DNA of 64,000 bases from Candidatus Poribacteria bacterium. Lineage in GTDB: Bacteria; Poribacteria; WGA-4E; WGA-3G. How positions within the stretch are numbered: position 1 is the stretch's first letter; every line of letters begins with the position of its first letter. The stretch is from the NCBI GenBank assembly GCA_965197475.1, contig CBDANF010000002.1, forward strand, positions 1,152,001 through 1,216,000, in the 5' to 3' direction. Made by a program: the position numbers and the translations under genes. The notes beneath the pieces were generated by a model. That model had not been told where the DNA came from, ran no database searches, and worked only from the letters and a program-made list of their open reading frames with translations. Positions 43,244 through 54,357 of the stretch are shown one piece after another.

Positions 43244-44017
43244 ATGCGTTTTTTTAGTTTTTTATTCATACCCATTTTCCTCGTTTCAATCGTTGGATGT
43301 TTTGGAGACGGTGAGGTTAATATTAAAACTCCGCCATCTTTTAGCGAGGTGAAAAAAGTTGTTATCACGCCTTTTATTACTGAAGATGAATCGAAGGAGA
43401 CACAGGAACTTGGCAAGCGACTTAGCGTCAATTTGGCAAACCGTTTTGAGCTTATTTTTAAAGACCTTGGATGGGTTTTTGACATATCGGAGAAAGTTCG
43501 CCCGGTAGGCGAAAAAGTTGAGGAGCTCGGATTAACATTAAATGATGTTTACACAGATCCAGCCTTGGCGGCTAAAGCAGGTCAGGCACTTGATGCGGAC
43601 ATGATCATCACAGGGATGGTTTTGACCCCTAAACTCCGCCGTAAGGATAGCGATGAACATCTCATGCGTCAAGGCAGACAAACTGGAATTTCAGGAACAT
43701 CTACCTATATCACAACCCGGCAGGATGCAATCGGTGGAGTACGTGTCAAGGTTATTCATGTAGCATCAGGCAAAATTCTCTATAACAATAAGATTAGTTC
43801 TTTTCTCAAGTATTGGTTTGCCTATCAAACGCAGCAGAGTGGCCAAGTTGTTTTTAAAGAGGAAGTGGAGATGCTTGCTGATTTAGGAAAACAGTTACCA
43901 CTCCGAATTTCGTATATGCTTTACCCAAGTGGACTGAAAAGGGATCCTGAAGAAAAGGTTTTGCTGAAACCAGATCTCATTCTCAAAGGCACATCCGGCA
44001 TATTTAAATTCGATTAG
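43244..44017 (+). CDS. Hypothetical lipoprotein
   Basis: Lipobox IVGC after a hydrophobic signal; AAGGAGG RBS. Confidence 0.75.
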   Translation: MRFFSFLFIPIFLVSIVGCFGDGEVNIKTPPSFSEVKKVVITPFITEDESKETQELGKRLSVNLANRFELIFKDLGWVFDISEKVRPVGEKVEELGLTLNDVYTDPALAAKAGQALDADMIITGMVLTPKLRRKDSDEHLMRQGRQTGISGTSTYITTRQDAIGGVRVKVIHVASGKILYNNKISSFLKYWFAYQTQQSGQVVFKEEVEMLADLGKQLPLRISYMLYPSGLKRDPEEKVLLKPDLILKGTSGIFKFD

Positions 44018-44046
44018 AATTACCTTTAATGCCGGTTTTAAGCCTA

Positions 44047-44086
44047 AAGGCGGACGGAAGTTTGAGCTTCGGCCCGCCTTGTTTTT
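44047..44086 (+). terminator. Intrinsic terminator
   Basis: AAGGCGG...CCGCCTT stem followed by GTTTTT. Confidence 0.6.
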
Positions 44087-44123
44087 AATAAGGTTCATGT
44101 TTTTCTTTATCAATTATACTCTA

Positions 44124-44666
44124 CTATAGTTTGGACAATTTTTAAGGTTCTTGTGTGAGATATTGAATTTATGGAAACGCCTTATACCAAATTAGTGGAT
44201 TAGTTTTATTTTTCTGGGCAGACTGCGCGCTTACATGAAGATTAAGAATTTAATCGGGTAATTTACAGTTTCCCCGGGGCTGGTAGGTGCGGTTTCCTAA
44301 CCGCTTAGCTCCAACCCGGTAGGTGCGGCTTCCAACCGCACCGGAACTTATGGAATATGCGTCCGATAGCCATTTTCGCAAACGACTCGGTGCGGTTAGA
44401 AACCGCACCTACCGGTAACGGAGCAAATTAGAATTACCGAATTAATTTGTTAATCTTCATCAAAGCGTGCCTACCGAGTGGGATCAAGTTAATTTGGTAT
44501 TAGACATCAATAAGATTTTATTTATACACATTTCGCCCGGCTGGGCTGCTTATTGCTGTACCCGAAATATTTTTCTGTGAGTTACGATCCTGTGAAAAAC
44601 TCATAGAAAAATCGGAAAATACTTGAAAACTCAACATGAAACAGACAGAAATTGTCCCAACTTTCG
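44124..44666. mobile_element. MITE family B containing a nested family C element (44184-44500) and REPs
   Basis: CTATAGTTTGGACAATT ... AATTGTCCCAACTTTCG ends; body interrupted relative to 28057-28332. Confidence 0.75.
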
Positions 44667-44672
44667 TATACT

Positions 44673-45143
44673 CTAAGATAACGTTGGATTAGTATCTTGA
44701 AAAAAATCGTAAATTTGGCGCGCGTAGGCTTTACCATGTTGTAGGAGTTCCGAAGATACATCGTAGAGTTCGGGGGCTGGCAGTCCCTCATAAGGGTTGG
44801 CTATTTTCTGAGAACAGGTTAAGGCGTGTTCAAAGAAATTTAGCGTTTTAAGATCAATTACGCCACTTTCTTGAACTGCACGAAAGCCATGGTATTTTTG
44901 GTATGGAGGTGTCTTACCGCTAAATTCTATTATGGCATTGTTTATGTCTACTGCCCGTTGCACAATCATTAGGAAACAACTTTTGACATAAGAATGCGTC
45001 AACCTATCAGCTGCTATATATTCATCTTTGTTTGCGGGCAGCCCGTTCTGCAATTGACCGAAACATTCCTCCATATACGCCAATTTTGCCTTAACAGGAT
45101 TGAACTGACGCTGCAATGGTGTTTTTTGAGAGGTTTTTGACAT
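44673..45143 (-). CDS. DUF86/HepT-like HEPN protein, probably catalytically degenerate
   Basis: IVQRAVDIN..I.....P..Y..F..V.E.GVID pattern; SQKIANPY in place of RN.L.H.Y. Confidence 0.6.
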   Translation of the reverse strand: MSKTSQKTPLQRQFNPVKAKLAYMEECFGQLQNGLPANKDEYIAADRLTHSYVKSCFLMIVQRAVDINNAIIEFSGKTPPYQKYHGFRAVQESGVIDLKTLNFFEHALTCSQKIANPYEGLPAPELYDVSSELLQHGKAYARQIYDFFQDTNPTLS

Positions 45144-45199
45144 TGTATACTCCTAAGGAAGAATTTATTACTGTCAATACGTAATCTTTAAAAAATTTG

Positions 45200-45395
45200 T
45201 TTATACACATTTCGCCCTGCTGGGGCTTGTTACGTTAAGGTTATCGTTTTCTATACACATTTCGCCCTGCTGGGGCTGCCTTTGCTGCACCTATAATAGT
45301 TTTTCTGTGGGTTACAACTTTGCACAAAACTCACAGAAAAATAGAAAAATACTTGAGAACACAACATGAAACAGACAGAATTGTCCAAACTTTAG
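45200..45395. repeat. Partial MITE family B (right half)
   Basis: CATTTCGCCCTGCTGGGGCT doublet and AATTGTCCAAACTTTAG end. Confidence 0.7.
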
Positions 45396-45637
45396 TTCAT
45401 TAAAAATTATACCAAATTACCTTGATTAGAAGTTTTCTGATAAAGTCAGCGTTGTGAGGCACCAAATCAACGCCGAATACGCGTATGGTATTCGTAGGGG
45501 ACCTTGTACTACAAATTAGGTTAATGTGATATTAGACGTGATTTAATTAGAAAAGTTGTAACAGAACCCAAAATTAAAGAAATTGGCGGGACAAAATAGT
45601 ATATGATAAAATTCTAAATGGTCGTAGAGGCAGAATA

Positions 45638-46615
45638 ATGAAAGCGATTACGAGAATCGGTGATGGCGGACCAGAAGTCCTGCAATTAGGCGAGGTGTCT
45701 CCGCCTCAGCCGACAGAAACGCAACTTCTGGTGGATGTGAAGGCGGCTGCGCTAAATCGCGCTGACTTAATTCAACGGCGCGGTGGGTATCCACCGCCAC
45801 CAGGTGAGTCCGAAATACTCGGTTTAGAAATTGCTGGCATAGTCTCAGGGATGGGAGCGGCAGTCAACGGATTTAACGAAGGTGGTAAGGTTTTTGGACT
45901 CGTCGGGGGTGGAGGTTATGCGGAACAGGTGGTTATTGATTACCGCATGGCGATGTTGATACCAGAAGAATGGAGTTTTGAAGAGGCTGCTGCTGTTCCA
46001 GAGGTGTTTTTTACCGCAAATGAGAATATTTTCACATTAGGACGATTATCAGCTGGCGAGACTATTTTAATTCATGCGGGCGGAAGTGGTGTAGGCACTG
46101 CGGGTATACAGATCGCCCGTCGTGCTGGGGCTCGTGTGTTTGTCACCGCAGGGACATCCGATAAAATTGATAACTGCAAAGCATTGGGTGCTATAGCGGG
46201 TATTGACTATAAGCAATCTGATTTTGTTGCTGAAATTAAGCGGTTGACGGTTGGAGAATGTGTGGATGTCGTATTAGACTTTATCGGTGCCCCATATCTG
46301 GCGCGGAACTTGCAGATACTCAAAACGAAAGGCCGTTTATTGCAAGTTGGGTTAATGGGCGGTTCGGCAGCAGAAATAGACTTAGGAATGGTGATGCGCA
46401 AACGCTTGCAGATTATCGGCTCCGTAATGCGTCCGCAGTCACTTGATGAAAAAATATCTATCACGCAGCGATTTGTAGACCGTTGGTTACCTGAGTTGAA
46501 GACAGGGACACTCCGGCCAGTGATTGATTCTGTGTACCCTTTAGCACAAGTGCGTGAAGCACATGCGTATATGGAAGCAAATCGTAATTTTGGTAAGATT
46601 ATTTTGAAGGTATAA
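45638..46615 (+). CDS. NAD(P)H-quinone oxidoreductase (PIG3/zeta-crystallin family)
   Basis: NRADL.QR.G.YPPPPG, GGGYAE, HAGGSGVG and GKIIL motifs. Confidence 0.93.
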   Translation: MKAITRIGDGGPEVLQLGEVSPPQPTETQLLVDVKAAALNRADLIQRRGGYPPPPGESEILGLEIAGIVSGMGAAVNGFNEGGKVFGLVGGGGYAEQVVIDYRMAMLIPEEWSFEEAAAVPEVFFTANENIFTLGRLSAGETILIHAGGSGVGTAGIQIARRAGARVFVTAGTSDKIDNCKALGAIAGIDYKQSDFVAEIKRLTVGECVDVVLDFIGAPYLARNLQILKTKGRLLQVGLMGGSAAEIDLGMVMRKRLQIIGSVMRPQSLDEKISITQRFVDRWLPELKTGTLRPVIDSVYPLAQVREAHAYMEANRNFGKIILKV

Positions 46616-46791
46616 TCGGAGAGTTAGTGCCAAATTGCTACAGAAGTTTATTTTACCGTGAGTTTGACTAAAGCGCGTAGTGCATCAACGCGAAGTGTGT
46701 TTGTGGCACTTGGGCAGGGTTCAACAACGTGAAACCTAACACTGCAGCTGTTGTAAAGGTAATAACATGTTGGGTTTCGCAAGCTCTACCC

Positions 46792-47053
46792 ATACCTGTT
46801 AATTTAAGGAATTGAAACCGTTTTTTAGCGGTGGGGTGTAGCCTCGTAGAGGCGGTATGTTTATAGAAAAGGCATTACCCCGCGTTCCTGAGCCTCGTAG
46901 AGGCGGTATGTGTATAAAATCTATATGTCACTCCTACGGAGTTCAACAAGTGTGAGAAGCATATTTCTATAAACATATCGTTCCTACGGAACTGAAGAAA
47001 TCGGGCGGACAAAGTCCTCTCACAAGAAAGATAATACGCTAATTGACACCTAT
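46792..47053. mobile_element. MITE family A copy in a REP hairpin
   Basis: Perfect direct repeat GGGTTTCGCAAGCTCTACCC at 46772-46791 and 47054-47073. Confidence 0.85.
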
Positions 47054-47312
47054 GGGTTTCGCAAGCTCTACCCAACCTACGGATACTGAACCACAACATA
47101 AATAATTGTGGGTATTCTAATAATTCCACATTTTTTGAAGAAAAACAGATCGGTTTTCAACTAAAACTAACAATTACATCTCAATATTACATCAAGTTTA
47201 AGATATACACTTCAACCCATTTATTAAGGTTTTGATAATGCTCTCAATTGAACATTGGCATGGGAGATCGGCAGCTTTGTGTAAACGTATTGTGCACGCG
47301 TTGCTATACGTA

Positions 47313-50300
47313 ATGCAGCGTTTCTTAAGTGTGTCTCCCAGAATATCAGTGTGTCTCATGCACGCATGCTGCCTCATTTTCGTATCGGTTTTGTTTGTCT
47401 TTAGTTTTACTGCTGTTGCTGATGTTACCCAAGTGACCTCAGCAGATGGCATTACTGTAACTTTCAAACTTCCGCAACTTCAGGTTACGCAAGTTACACC
47501 AGATGCAGATTTTAAAGATGCAGAGGTAGGTGGTGTATACCACACAGTGCGATATTCAGAATGCGGTTGGATTCGAGAGCCAGGTTTTCCCAGATTGCCG
47601 GTCACACGTCTGTTTTTAGCTGTTCCCGCCGATGCCCAACTGAACAACGCTGATGTTTCTGTCAACGCGGGGTCTTCACAAACCCATAACGGTGTGAGGC
47701 TTTTGCAAAGCGAAAAAGAGATACCGCTGAGTACCGAGGGTGTTTCTATTGCAGCAGGACCTTTACAAACCGATGGCGGTGCGGGGTTTATCCAAAATAA
47801 AAAAGGGGCGAATCCTAATTCTGGTTCCGATCGGTATCCGGCAGTGTTAGCACGTATAGAGATGGATGGTTACATCCGTTCCCAACGCGTCATCAGTTTG
47901 GCTTTGCATCCAGTGCAGTATAATACTGCGACGCGTGAACTTCGTTCTTATAGCAGTCTCAATGTCTTTATTCCTTTTCATTCACAATTGAAAGCTCGTG
48001 CGGCTGCTGCTACACTTGCCCCTAACCTAACAAACTTAACACATACAGCTTCTCCTTATGAACAGACCTTTTCACGGCATATTCTCAACTACGCACAATA
48101 CCGTACGTTATTCAACAGCGGATTGGAAACAGGCAGATCTTTTCGTGCCGATACTGAAATGTTTCCTGCTGCGCCTGCTGCACCGGGGCTTACCGACAAA
48201 TCATTTCAGACCCGTTACAAACTCTATATTGATGAAACTGGCGTATATAAGGTTACGGGAGCATCTCTCCGCACCAACTGGGGTATTGATCTTATAGGTG
48301 TTGATCCGAGAAAACTTCGTCTTACACATGGGGATCAGGAAATTCCTATCTACGTTAGCGGTGCGGTGGATGGAAGTTTTGACGCAGAAGATGCGATCTT
48401 TTTCTTAGCACACGGTTCTACTGACCCTGAGAGTCCTGTCCGAAAGAATGCATATACGTTGTGGAATGTCTATTGGTTGAGTATTGCTACGGAAGGACAA
48501 AATCCGGTACGCGTGCCACAAATTGAAGCGAGTCCAAGTGATGCAACAGCAGTTCAAGTCCCAACTTTCCGCTCGCGCGTCGTTTTTGAGGAGGATCGCC
48601 TCACCAATAACCTCGAATTCGTCTATCCGGAAACCGTTGCAGCTGGTGATAAACACAAGTGGTTTGATGCGTTAGACTTTTGGTACTGGGACGGTATCAA
48701 AAATTCGAGCGATATTGGGGAATTACGACTTAATTTTCCACTCCATGACATCGCGAAAAGCTTTGATCCGCCACAGATACAGGTTGTGTTACAAGGTGGA
48801 ACACCCGTGCCTCATGAAATTCTCGTAGCAGTTAATGGTGTTCGGGTTGATCTTGCCAAGTGGGATAGTCAAGCACAAGTGACTCTTGCAAAGAATCTCC
48901 GTGTTTGGAATAACCTCAAAGATGCAGCGAAAGGCGAAACCAATGTTCTTTCTCTAACGCGTATTGACACCACCTTTGAAGAGGACACAACCCGTTATCC
49001 GTATCATATCTATCTCAACCGGTTCTGGGTTGACTATACGCGTCTCTTTTTAGCTGTAAACGGTCAACTCCGTTTTGGTACTCCTGTCAAGACAGGGCGC
49101 GAGAATGAAAATAAAAGTGTTACACATCAATTTCGTATTGATGCTTTCCTTGATTCGCAGATTTCCGTTTTCGAAACAGATGGGAACATACTTACGGCAA
49201 AACTTCAAGGTGTTCATGTTGCGCGCCATGCGACAGATGATGTCATGCGCGAGCGGCTCAAAGTATTGAATTCTGGTGACCTCAGAGCGGTGCCAAATAA
49301 CACCTATACAGCGACTTTTCAGGTGCCGGATACCCGAACAACCGAGTTTATAGCGGTGTCTGATACCGCACTTCGGAAACCTATTCAGGTAGAAACAGTT
49401 CCTCCAAGTGATTTACGGGACCCATTGAACGGTGTGGATTACCTTGTTTTGACACATCCAAGATTTCGCGATGCCGCCGACAGGTTAGGAAACTGGCGTT
49501 CAACAGCAGACGGTGGTGGATACCGAACCAAGGTTGTGGACATTAATGATGTTTACAACACTTTTGGTGACGGAAAGGTTCATCCTATCTGGATTAAAAA
49601 TTTTCTGACGTATGCGTATCAAAATTGGGCACCGCCAGCACTCTCATATTTAGTGATCTTCGGTGATGGCACCTACGATTTTCGAGGTATTGACAAAGAA
49701 ATCTATTCTGAACCACCAGAACTTTCAGGTTATATACCCACCCACTATATTTCAACAGATTCCTTCGGCAGAACAGCCGCGGACCATTGGTATGCCACAG
49801 TTTCCGGACACGATGAATTTGTCGATTTTTATCTCGGTAGATTAACTGTTGAAAATGAGGTGGAAGCAGACACAGTTGTTGATAAGATTATCAATTATGA
49901 AGCGCGACGTCCTAACGGTGCGTGGCGGCGGCGGATTATCTCTGTTGCTGATGATGAAGTTAGCAACTCTGGAGATTTTATTTTTAAAAAAAGTCTCAAC
50001 GAAATTGCCAAAGACCGTACACGACTCGGATATGAAACTGTTGAAATTTATCTTGAAGATGTCATAGATGAGGTTGAAGCAAAGCCCGACGAATTCCCTG
50101 GGATTCTTCCTCGGCACGTTGCGAAAGGTAGGATTATTGATGCTTTAGGCGAGGGCGCAGCCATAGCACAATACGCCGGACATGGTGGGCGTATTGTTTG
50201 GGCACACGAAGCCATTTTTGATAACGCTTCAATTGATAAGGTTGAGGAGACCGGACATCTTCCGTTTATGTTGGTGTTGAGTTGCTATAACGGGTATTTT

Positions 50301-53300
50301 GACGCGCCAGGTGAACCGAGTATGGCGGAAAAACTGCTCCGGAAAAAAAGGGGTGGTATCATCGGCATGCTCAGTGCAACGCGACTTACCTACGGTAACG
50401 GGAACGAGGCACTCAACCAAATTATTTTTGATATGCTGTTCCAACGCGATGTTCGACAACTCGGTCCCCTCAGTTTTGATTCTAAACTTGAATTCCTACT
50501 GACAGAGGGCACGGGGCAGCTTAACATCATGCTTGAATATACGCTTTTCGGTGACCCTGCGATGCGTATCGCCATGGCAGATTATGACATCATTCCCGAA
50601 ATTGAGACGAAGACGGTCAAAGCAGGTGATACCCTCAAAATCGCCCCTGGATTCATTCAAACTGCCCGCTATGATGCCGCAGCAAAGCGGAAGGTTTTTA
50701 CACGGAATACGAGTTTTGATGGGGAACTCACAGTAAAAGCGGTTTTTCCCGGACAACAATTGGTCGGTGAAGATAAAACCGGTGCACCGAAGGAATACTA
50801 CTCCGGCGATGTGGTTGTCCCAAAGACGATCTCTGTGAAGCGGGGCAGCTATCCTGCTGTTAAAATAAGCGTGCCTGATAACATTTCGCCCGGGGATGCA
50901 CATGTGGAGTATTATGCTGAAAATGCCACCGAAATCGCTGTTGGTGGTGATGGTTTCACTGTCGATGTGCCGAAAATACTTGATATAAAACCTCAATTAA
51001 TTACCACATCATCTGGTGAGGACATGATCGAAGTTTCCGTGCTTGTTTCTGATGATAAAAAGGCGACGGTTTCTGTCGTTTTAGAATGGAGAAACCCGGA
51101 GAACCCTGATGATAACAAGGTTTTTCTCATTCCTGCTGCAATAGTTCCCGAATCAACAACATCTTTGGTAGCCACGGCGAGGTGGTGGAAACTTCCTGAA
51201 CCTTTACCTGTGCCAACCGATGGATCCGCGTTTCGATACGATATTCAGGTTACGGATGAGGATGATTTTGTTGTGTACTCGGATTATCACCGATTCTATC
51301 CATATACGTATCCCAACCTTGCTGTGGTTTCTAACCGTGCTGCAAAAATTAGACAAATCACTTATAAGTTAGGTGGTCCTGAAGGCACAGCGAATGAACG
51401 TTTTTTGTCTGTTGATATTGAATTAACGGGCACCTCAAGTTCTCAGGATGAAGATGTTTCTGAGCACGACTTGATATCGGTACTAGGGCTTTCTGATGTT
51501 GATGTTGAAGTAGCCTTTTTTAGCGGAAACCCAGATATAGATGAAAATGGTATCGTTGACACGGAAGCGCATCTGATCGGTAGCACGAGAATATCACCGA
51601 AGGACTGGGTTACGCGAAATCCTCTACATCAACGTTCTAATGCCTATACACCTGATCCACTCAACACTAATCCAATCGCTACTGCCGCTATTCCAATATT
51701 CCTACGTAGCGGCATACATGACATTTTTGTATATGTCGATCCGATTTTTACCGACGCAGATGAACCTGGAAAAGTGCTTGAAAATAATGAAACAGATAAT
51801 ATCGGGTATAGACAACTTACTGTTTCAGGTAGCATCGTCGGGGAAGTGCCTGCTCGAATGGCGAGTGTTGATGGGGGTTTTAGGATAACTGCGCCTGCGG
51901 GTGCTGTTCAAAATAAATCTTCAGTTCTGACTGTTCTTCCTATTGTTTCAGATGCTGTGGATGCAGAGTACGCTTACTTGATCGGCGGGACAGGAGAGGT
52001 GAGAAATACCACACCGCATCTGCCGTTTCCTATTATCGGACGTGAACGAACAGGTGATCGCGAGGCTGGAATGCTGCTGCCAGTAGCACTTTCAACTCGT
52101 CCATTCCTACTTGGATACACACTGCATTTAAACGAAACCGAATCTGTTGAACAATGGGCTGATCAATGGAATTCATTTAAACTCCAGGCACCGGTTGCCG
52201 TTGAACTTGATTTTGATTGGGCAGCACTCCAGCAGGAAGTTATACGTGAACTTTTTGGGAGTGAGGCAAATGTGTCAATTGAGGGACCAGCTATAGAGAC
52301 AACCCTTAGTACCGCTGTAGAGGAACGAGTACGCAACATCGGCGCATATCTTTGGATTGACACTTTAGCTAATTGGGTACGTCTTGATTCTGAAATCAAA
52401 AGACATACTAACGGCGATATTTACACATCTACACGGGCTGCCCAAATCCGTTCCGATAACACTGGTGATGGAAGGCTTGACGATGTTGCAATTTCATCGC
52501 AAGGAGCTGACACAGGAACGTGGATAGTCCTTTTTGAGACTGCGCGAACCTATCGCCTTCTTTTTATGCCTCAAGAATCTGTTGCAGGAACAGGGGTAGA
52601 CGGGAACACTATGGGGCATCAATTAGAAGAAATTGAGAGAGGGATTTCCATTATATCTTTTAGTAATGTGAGGACAACTTCCACCGACGCTGCTCCCGGA
52701 TTTGCTATTGACATTGAAGAAGGAGAAACCCCTTTCCAATTCGGTGATATATTACGTTTCAACATCACGCAGATTGAAGTGCCAGGTGAGGGAGGCACTC
52801 AATTTTATGCGTCTTCTTTTATCAGTAGAAACAGAGGAGATGGAGCAATACAGTATCTTGACTTGGAACCGGAGACGACAATGCCACAAGATGTTTGGCT
52901 CATCATGTTTGTCTCCGCAACACAGTTTCAGATTGAGGGAAAAAACATTGGTGTCTTGGCGAAGAATGGAGCACCGATATACGGAACAGTCGGTAAACCT
53001 TTTGAACACAGCGATTATGGGTTAAGTCTGCTGATAACGCAGGGTCCCAGACCTTTTACTGCGGGGGACCGATTCCTGTTTGAAACCACCAAGGTCGGAA
53101 CAATTCAAGCGCAAACCTCCTATTTGGGAACAGTTACCTGTCTTCAAAGCGAGGATACGTTGCCTCCCAACATCCAGTTAACGATTGGCAACCAGCAGCA
53201 CTTTACTTCTGGTACCTCAGTTGATGCTGCCCCACTTATCCAAGCAACGCTCACTGATGCGCGCGGTGTTGACTACATCACTCGTCCTGTTCAACTTGCC

Positions 53301-53792
53301 TTGGGGCGATTCGGAGAGTTTGAGACTATCGCTGAAACCGAATACAAACTTACGCACCATCCTGGGTCTAAGCAAATAGTTTTGACATATAATTCACCTG
53401 AACTTGAACCTCGTGAATATCAACTCCGACTCACAGCAAGCGACCTTGATGGAAATACGGGTGAGGATGAAATTACTTTTCATGTGCACAGCAAACTCCA
53501 ATTAGTGGAACCTTTGAATTATCCAAACCCGTTTACGCGAGATACCACAGTGACATGTGAATTGACACGGCCTGCAGAGTCGCTTACTATCAAAATCTAT
53601 ACCCTTACTGGGAGGCTTATCAGACAACTGAAAACAGAAGCACCTGCGGGGTATATACAACTTAAGTGGGATGGTAAAGATGACGATGGTAACGTGGTTG
53701 CTAATGGTGTCTACTATGGAAAAATTATTGTTAAAAGTTTTGACGATGAAGACGACCAGACCCATATTCTGAAAATGATGAAATTGAAATAG
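47313..53792 (+). CDS. Peptidase C25 (gingipain/PorU-like) protein with propeptide and C-terminal FlgD/T9SS-like domain
   Basis: G.P.LP propeptide, DYLVLT, FGDGTYD, YLGRL, YAGHGG (His), LSCYNGYFD (Cys), LFGDPA and NYPNPF...ANGVYY; start codon uncertain. Confidence 0.85.
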   Translation: MQRFLSVSPRISVCLMHACCLIFVSVLFVFSFTAVADVTQVTSADGITVTFKLPQLQVTQVTPDADFKDAEVGGVYHTVRYSECGWIREPGFPRLPVTRLFLAVPADAQLNNADVSVNAGSSQTHNGVRLLQSEKEIPLSTEGVSIAAGPLQTDGGAGFIQNKKGANPNSGSDRYPAVLARIEMDGYIRSQRVISLALHPVQYNTATRELRSYSSLNVFIPFHSQLKARAAAATLAPNLTNLTHTASPYEQTFSRHILNYAQYRTLFNSGLETGRSFRADTEMFPAAPAAPGLTDKSFQTRYKLYIDETGVYKVTGASLRTNWGIDLIGVDPRKLRLTHGDQEIPIYVSGAVDGSFDAEDAIFFLAHGSTDPESPVRKNAYTLWNVYWLSIATEGQNPVRVPQIEASPSDATAVQVPTFRSRVVFEEDRLTNNLEFVYPETVAAGDKHKWFDALDFWYWDGIKNSSDIGELRLNFPLHDIAKSFDPPQIQVVLQGGTPVPHEILVAVNGVRVDLAKWDSQAQVTLAKNLRVWNNLKDAAKGETNVLSLTRIDTTFEEDTTRYPYHIYLNRFWVDYTRLFLAVNGQLRFGTPVKTGRENENKSVTHQFRIDAFLDSQISVFETDGNILTAKLQGVHVARHATDDVMRERLKVLNSGDLRAVPNNTYTATFQVPDTRTTEFIAVSDTALRKPIQVETVPPSDLRDPLNGVDYLVLTHPRFRDAADRLGNWRSTADGGGYRTKVVDINDVYNTFGDGKVHPIWIKNFLTYAYQNWAPPALSYLVIFGDGTYDFRGIDKEIYSEPPELSGYIPTHYISTDSFGRTAADHWYATVSGHDEFVDFYLGRLTVENEVEADTVVDKIINYEARRPNGAWRRRIISVADDEVSNSGDFIFKKSLNEIAKDRTRLGYETVEIYLEDVIDEVEAKPDEFPGILPRHVAKGRIIDALGEGAAIAQYAGHGGRIVWAHEAIFDNASIDKVEETGHLPFMLVLSCYNGYFDAPGEPSMAEKLLRKKRGGIIGMLSATRLTYGNGNEALNQIIFDMLFQRDVRQLGPLSFDSKLEFLLTEGTGQLNIMLEYTLFGDPAMRIAMADYDIIPEIETKTVKAGDTLKIAPGFIQTARYDAAAKRKVFTRNTSFDGELTVKAVFPGQQLVGEDKTGAPKEYYSGDVVVPKTISVKRGSYPAVKISVPDNISPGDAHVEYYAENATEIAVGGDGFTVDVPKILDIKPQLITTSSGEDMIEVSVLVSDDKKATVSVVLEWRNPENPDDNKVFLIPAAIVPESTTSLVATARWWKLPEPLPVPTDGSAFRYDIQVTDEDDFVVYSDYHRFYPYTYPNLAVVSNRAAKIRQITYKLGGPEGTANERFLSVDIELTGTSSSQDEDVSEHDLISVLGLSDVDVEVAFFSGNPDIDENGIVDTEAHLIGSTRISPKDWVTRNPLHQRSNAYTPDPLNTNPIATAAIPIFLRSGIHDIFVYVDPIFTDADEPGKVLENNETDNIGYRQLTVSGSIVGEVPARMASVDGGFRITAPAGAVQNKSSVLTVLPIVSDAVDAEYAYLIGGTGEVRNTTPHLPFPIIGRERTGDREAGMLLPVALSTRPFLLGYTLHLNETESVEQWADQWNSFKLQAPVAVELDFDWAALQQEVIRELFGSEANVSIEGPAIETTLSTAVEERVRNIGAYLWIDTLANWVRLDSEIKRHTNGDIYTSTRAAQIRSDNTGDGRLDDVAISSQGADTGTWIVLFETARTYRLLFMPQESVAGTGVDGNTMGHQLEEIERGISIISFSNVRTTSTDAAPGFAIDIEEGETPFQFGDILRFNITQIEVPGEGGTQFYASSFISRNRGDGAIQYLDLEPETTMPQDVWLIMFVSATQFQIEGKNIGVLAKNGAPIYGTVGKPFEHSDYGLSLLITQGPRPFTAGDRFLFETTKVGTIQAQTSYLGTVTCLQSEDTLPPNIQLTIGNQQHFTSGTSVDAAPLIQATLTDARGVDYITRPVQLALGRFGEFETIAETEYKLTHHPGSKQIVLTYNSPELEPREYQLRLTASDLDGNTGEDEITFHVHSKLQLVEPLNYPNPFTRDTTVTCELTRPAESLTIKIYTLTGRLIRQLKTEAPAGYIQLKWDGKDDDGNVVANGVYYGKIIVKSFDDEDDQTHILKMMKLK

Positions 53793-53826
53793 CCTTTTCT
53801 GAAAATGATGAAATTGAAATAGCCTT
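53767..53826 (+). repeat. Exact 30-bp tandem duplication spanning the stop codon
   Basis: TTCTGAAAATGATGAAATTGAAATAGCCTT x2. Confidence 0.9.
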
Positions 53827-53837
53827 ATTACGATTTA

Positions 53838-54342
53838 CTAAGGTTTGGACAATTTTTAGAGTTCTTGAATGATAGTCTGTGTTAATAGAAACACCGTAGA
53901 CATCAATATAAGATTTATTGATATACATTTCGCCCCGCTGGGGCTAATAGAGTTGTTTACCAGCGTTTCTATAAACATTTCGCCCCGCTGGGGCTGCCTT
54001 TGCTGCACCTATAATGGTTTTTTGTGGGTTACAACTTTGCACAAAACTCGTAGAAAAATAGAAAGGACTTGAGAACACAACATGAAACAGACAGAAATTG
54101 TCCAAACTATAGTAATAGAAACACCATAGACATCAATATAAGATTTATTGATATACATTTCGCCCCGCTGGGGCTAATAGAGTTGTTTACCAGCGTTTCT
54201 ATAAACATTTCGCCCCGCTGGGGCTGCCTTTGCTGCACCTATAATGGTTTTTTGTGGGTTACAACTTTGCACAAAACTCGTAGAAAAATAGAAAGGACTT
54301 GAGAACACAACATGAAACAGACAGAAATTGTCCAAACTATAG
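53838..54342. mobile_element. MITE family B with a 230-bp tandem duplication of its right part
   Basis: 53883-54112 repeated at 54113-54342 with one visible substitution. Confidence 0.85.
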
Positions 54343-54357
54343 TACCATTTAGAAAAT

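Noticed and set aside
53869-54302. Two similar short ORFs
   Set aside because: They are translations of the duplicated MITE.
28140-54342. CATTTCGCCCCGCTGGGGCT and GGTAGGTGCGGTT repeats as a CRISPR array
   Set aside because: They occur as dispersed doublets inside MITEs, without regular unique spacers or cas genes.
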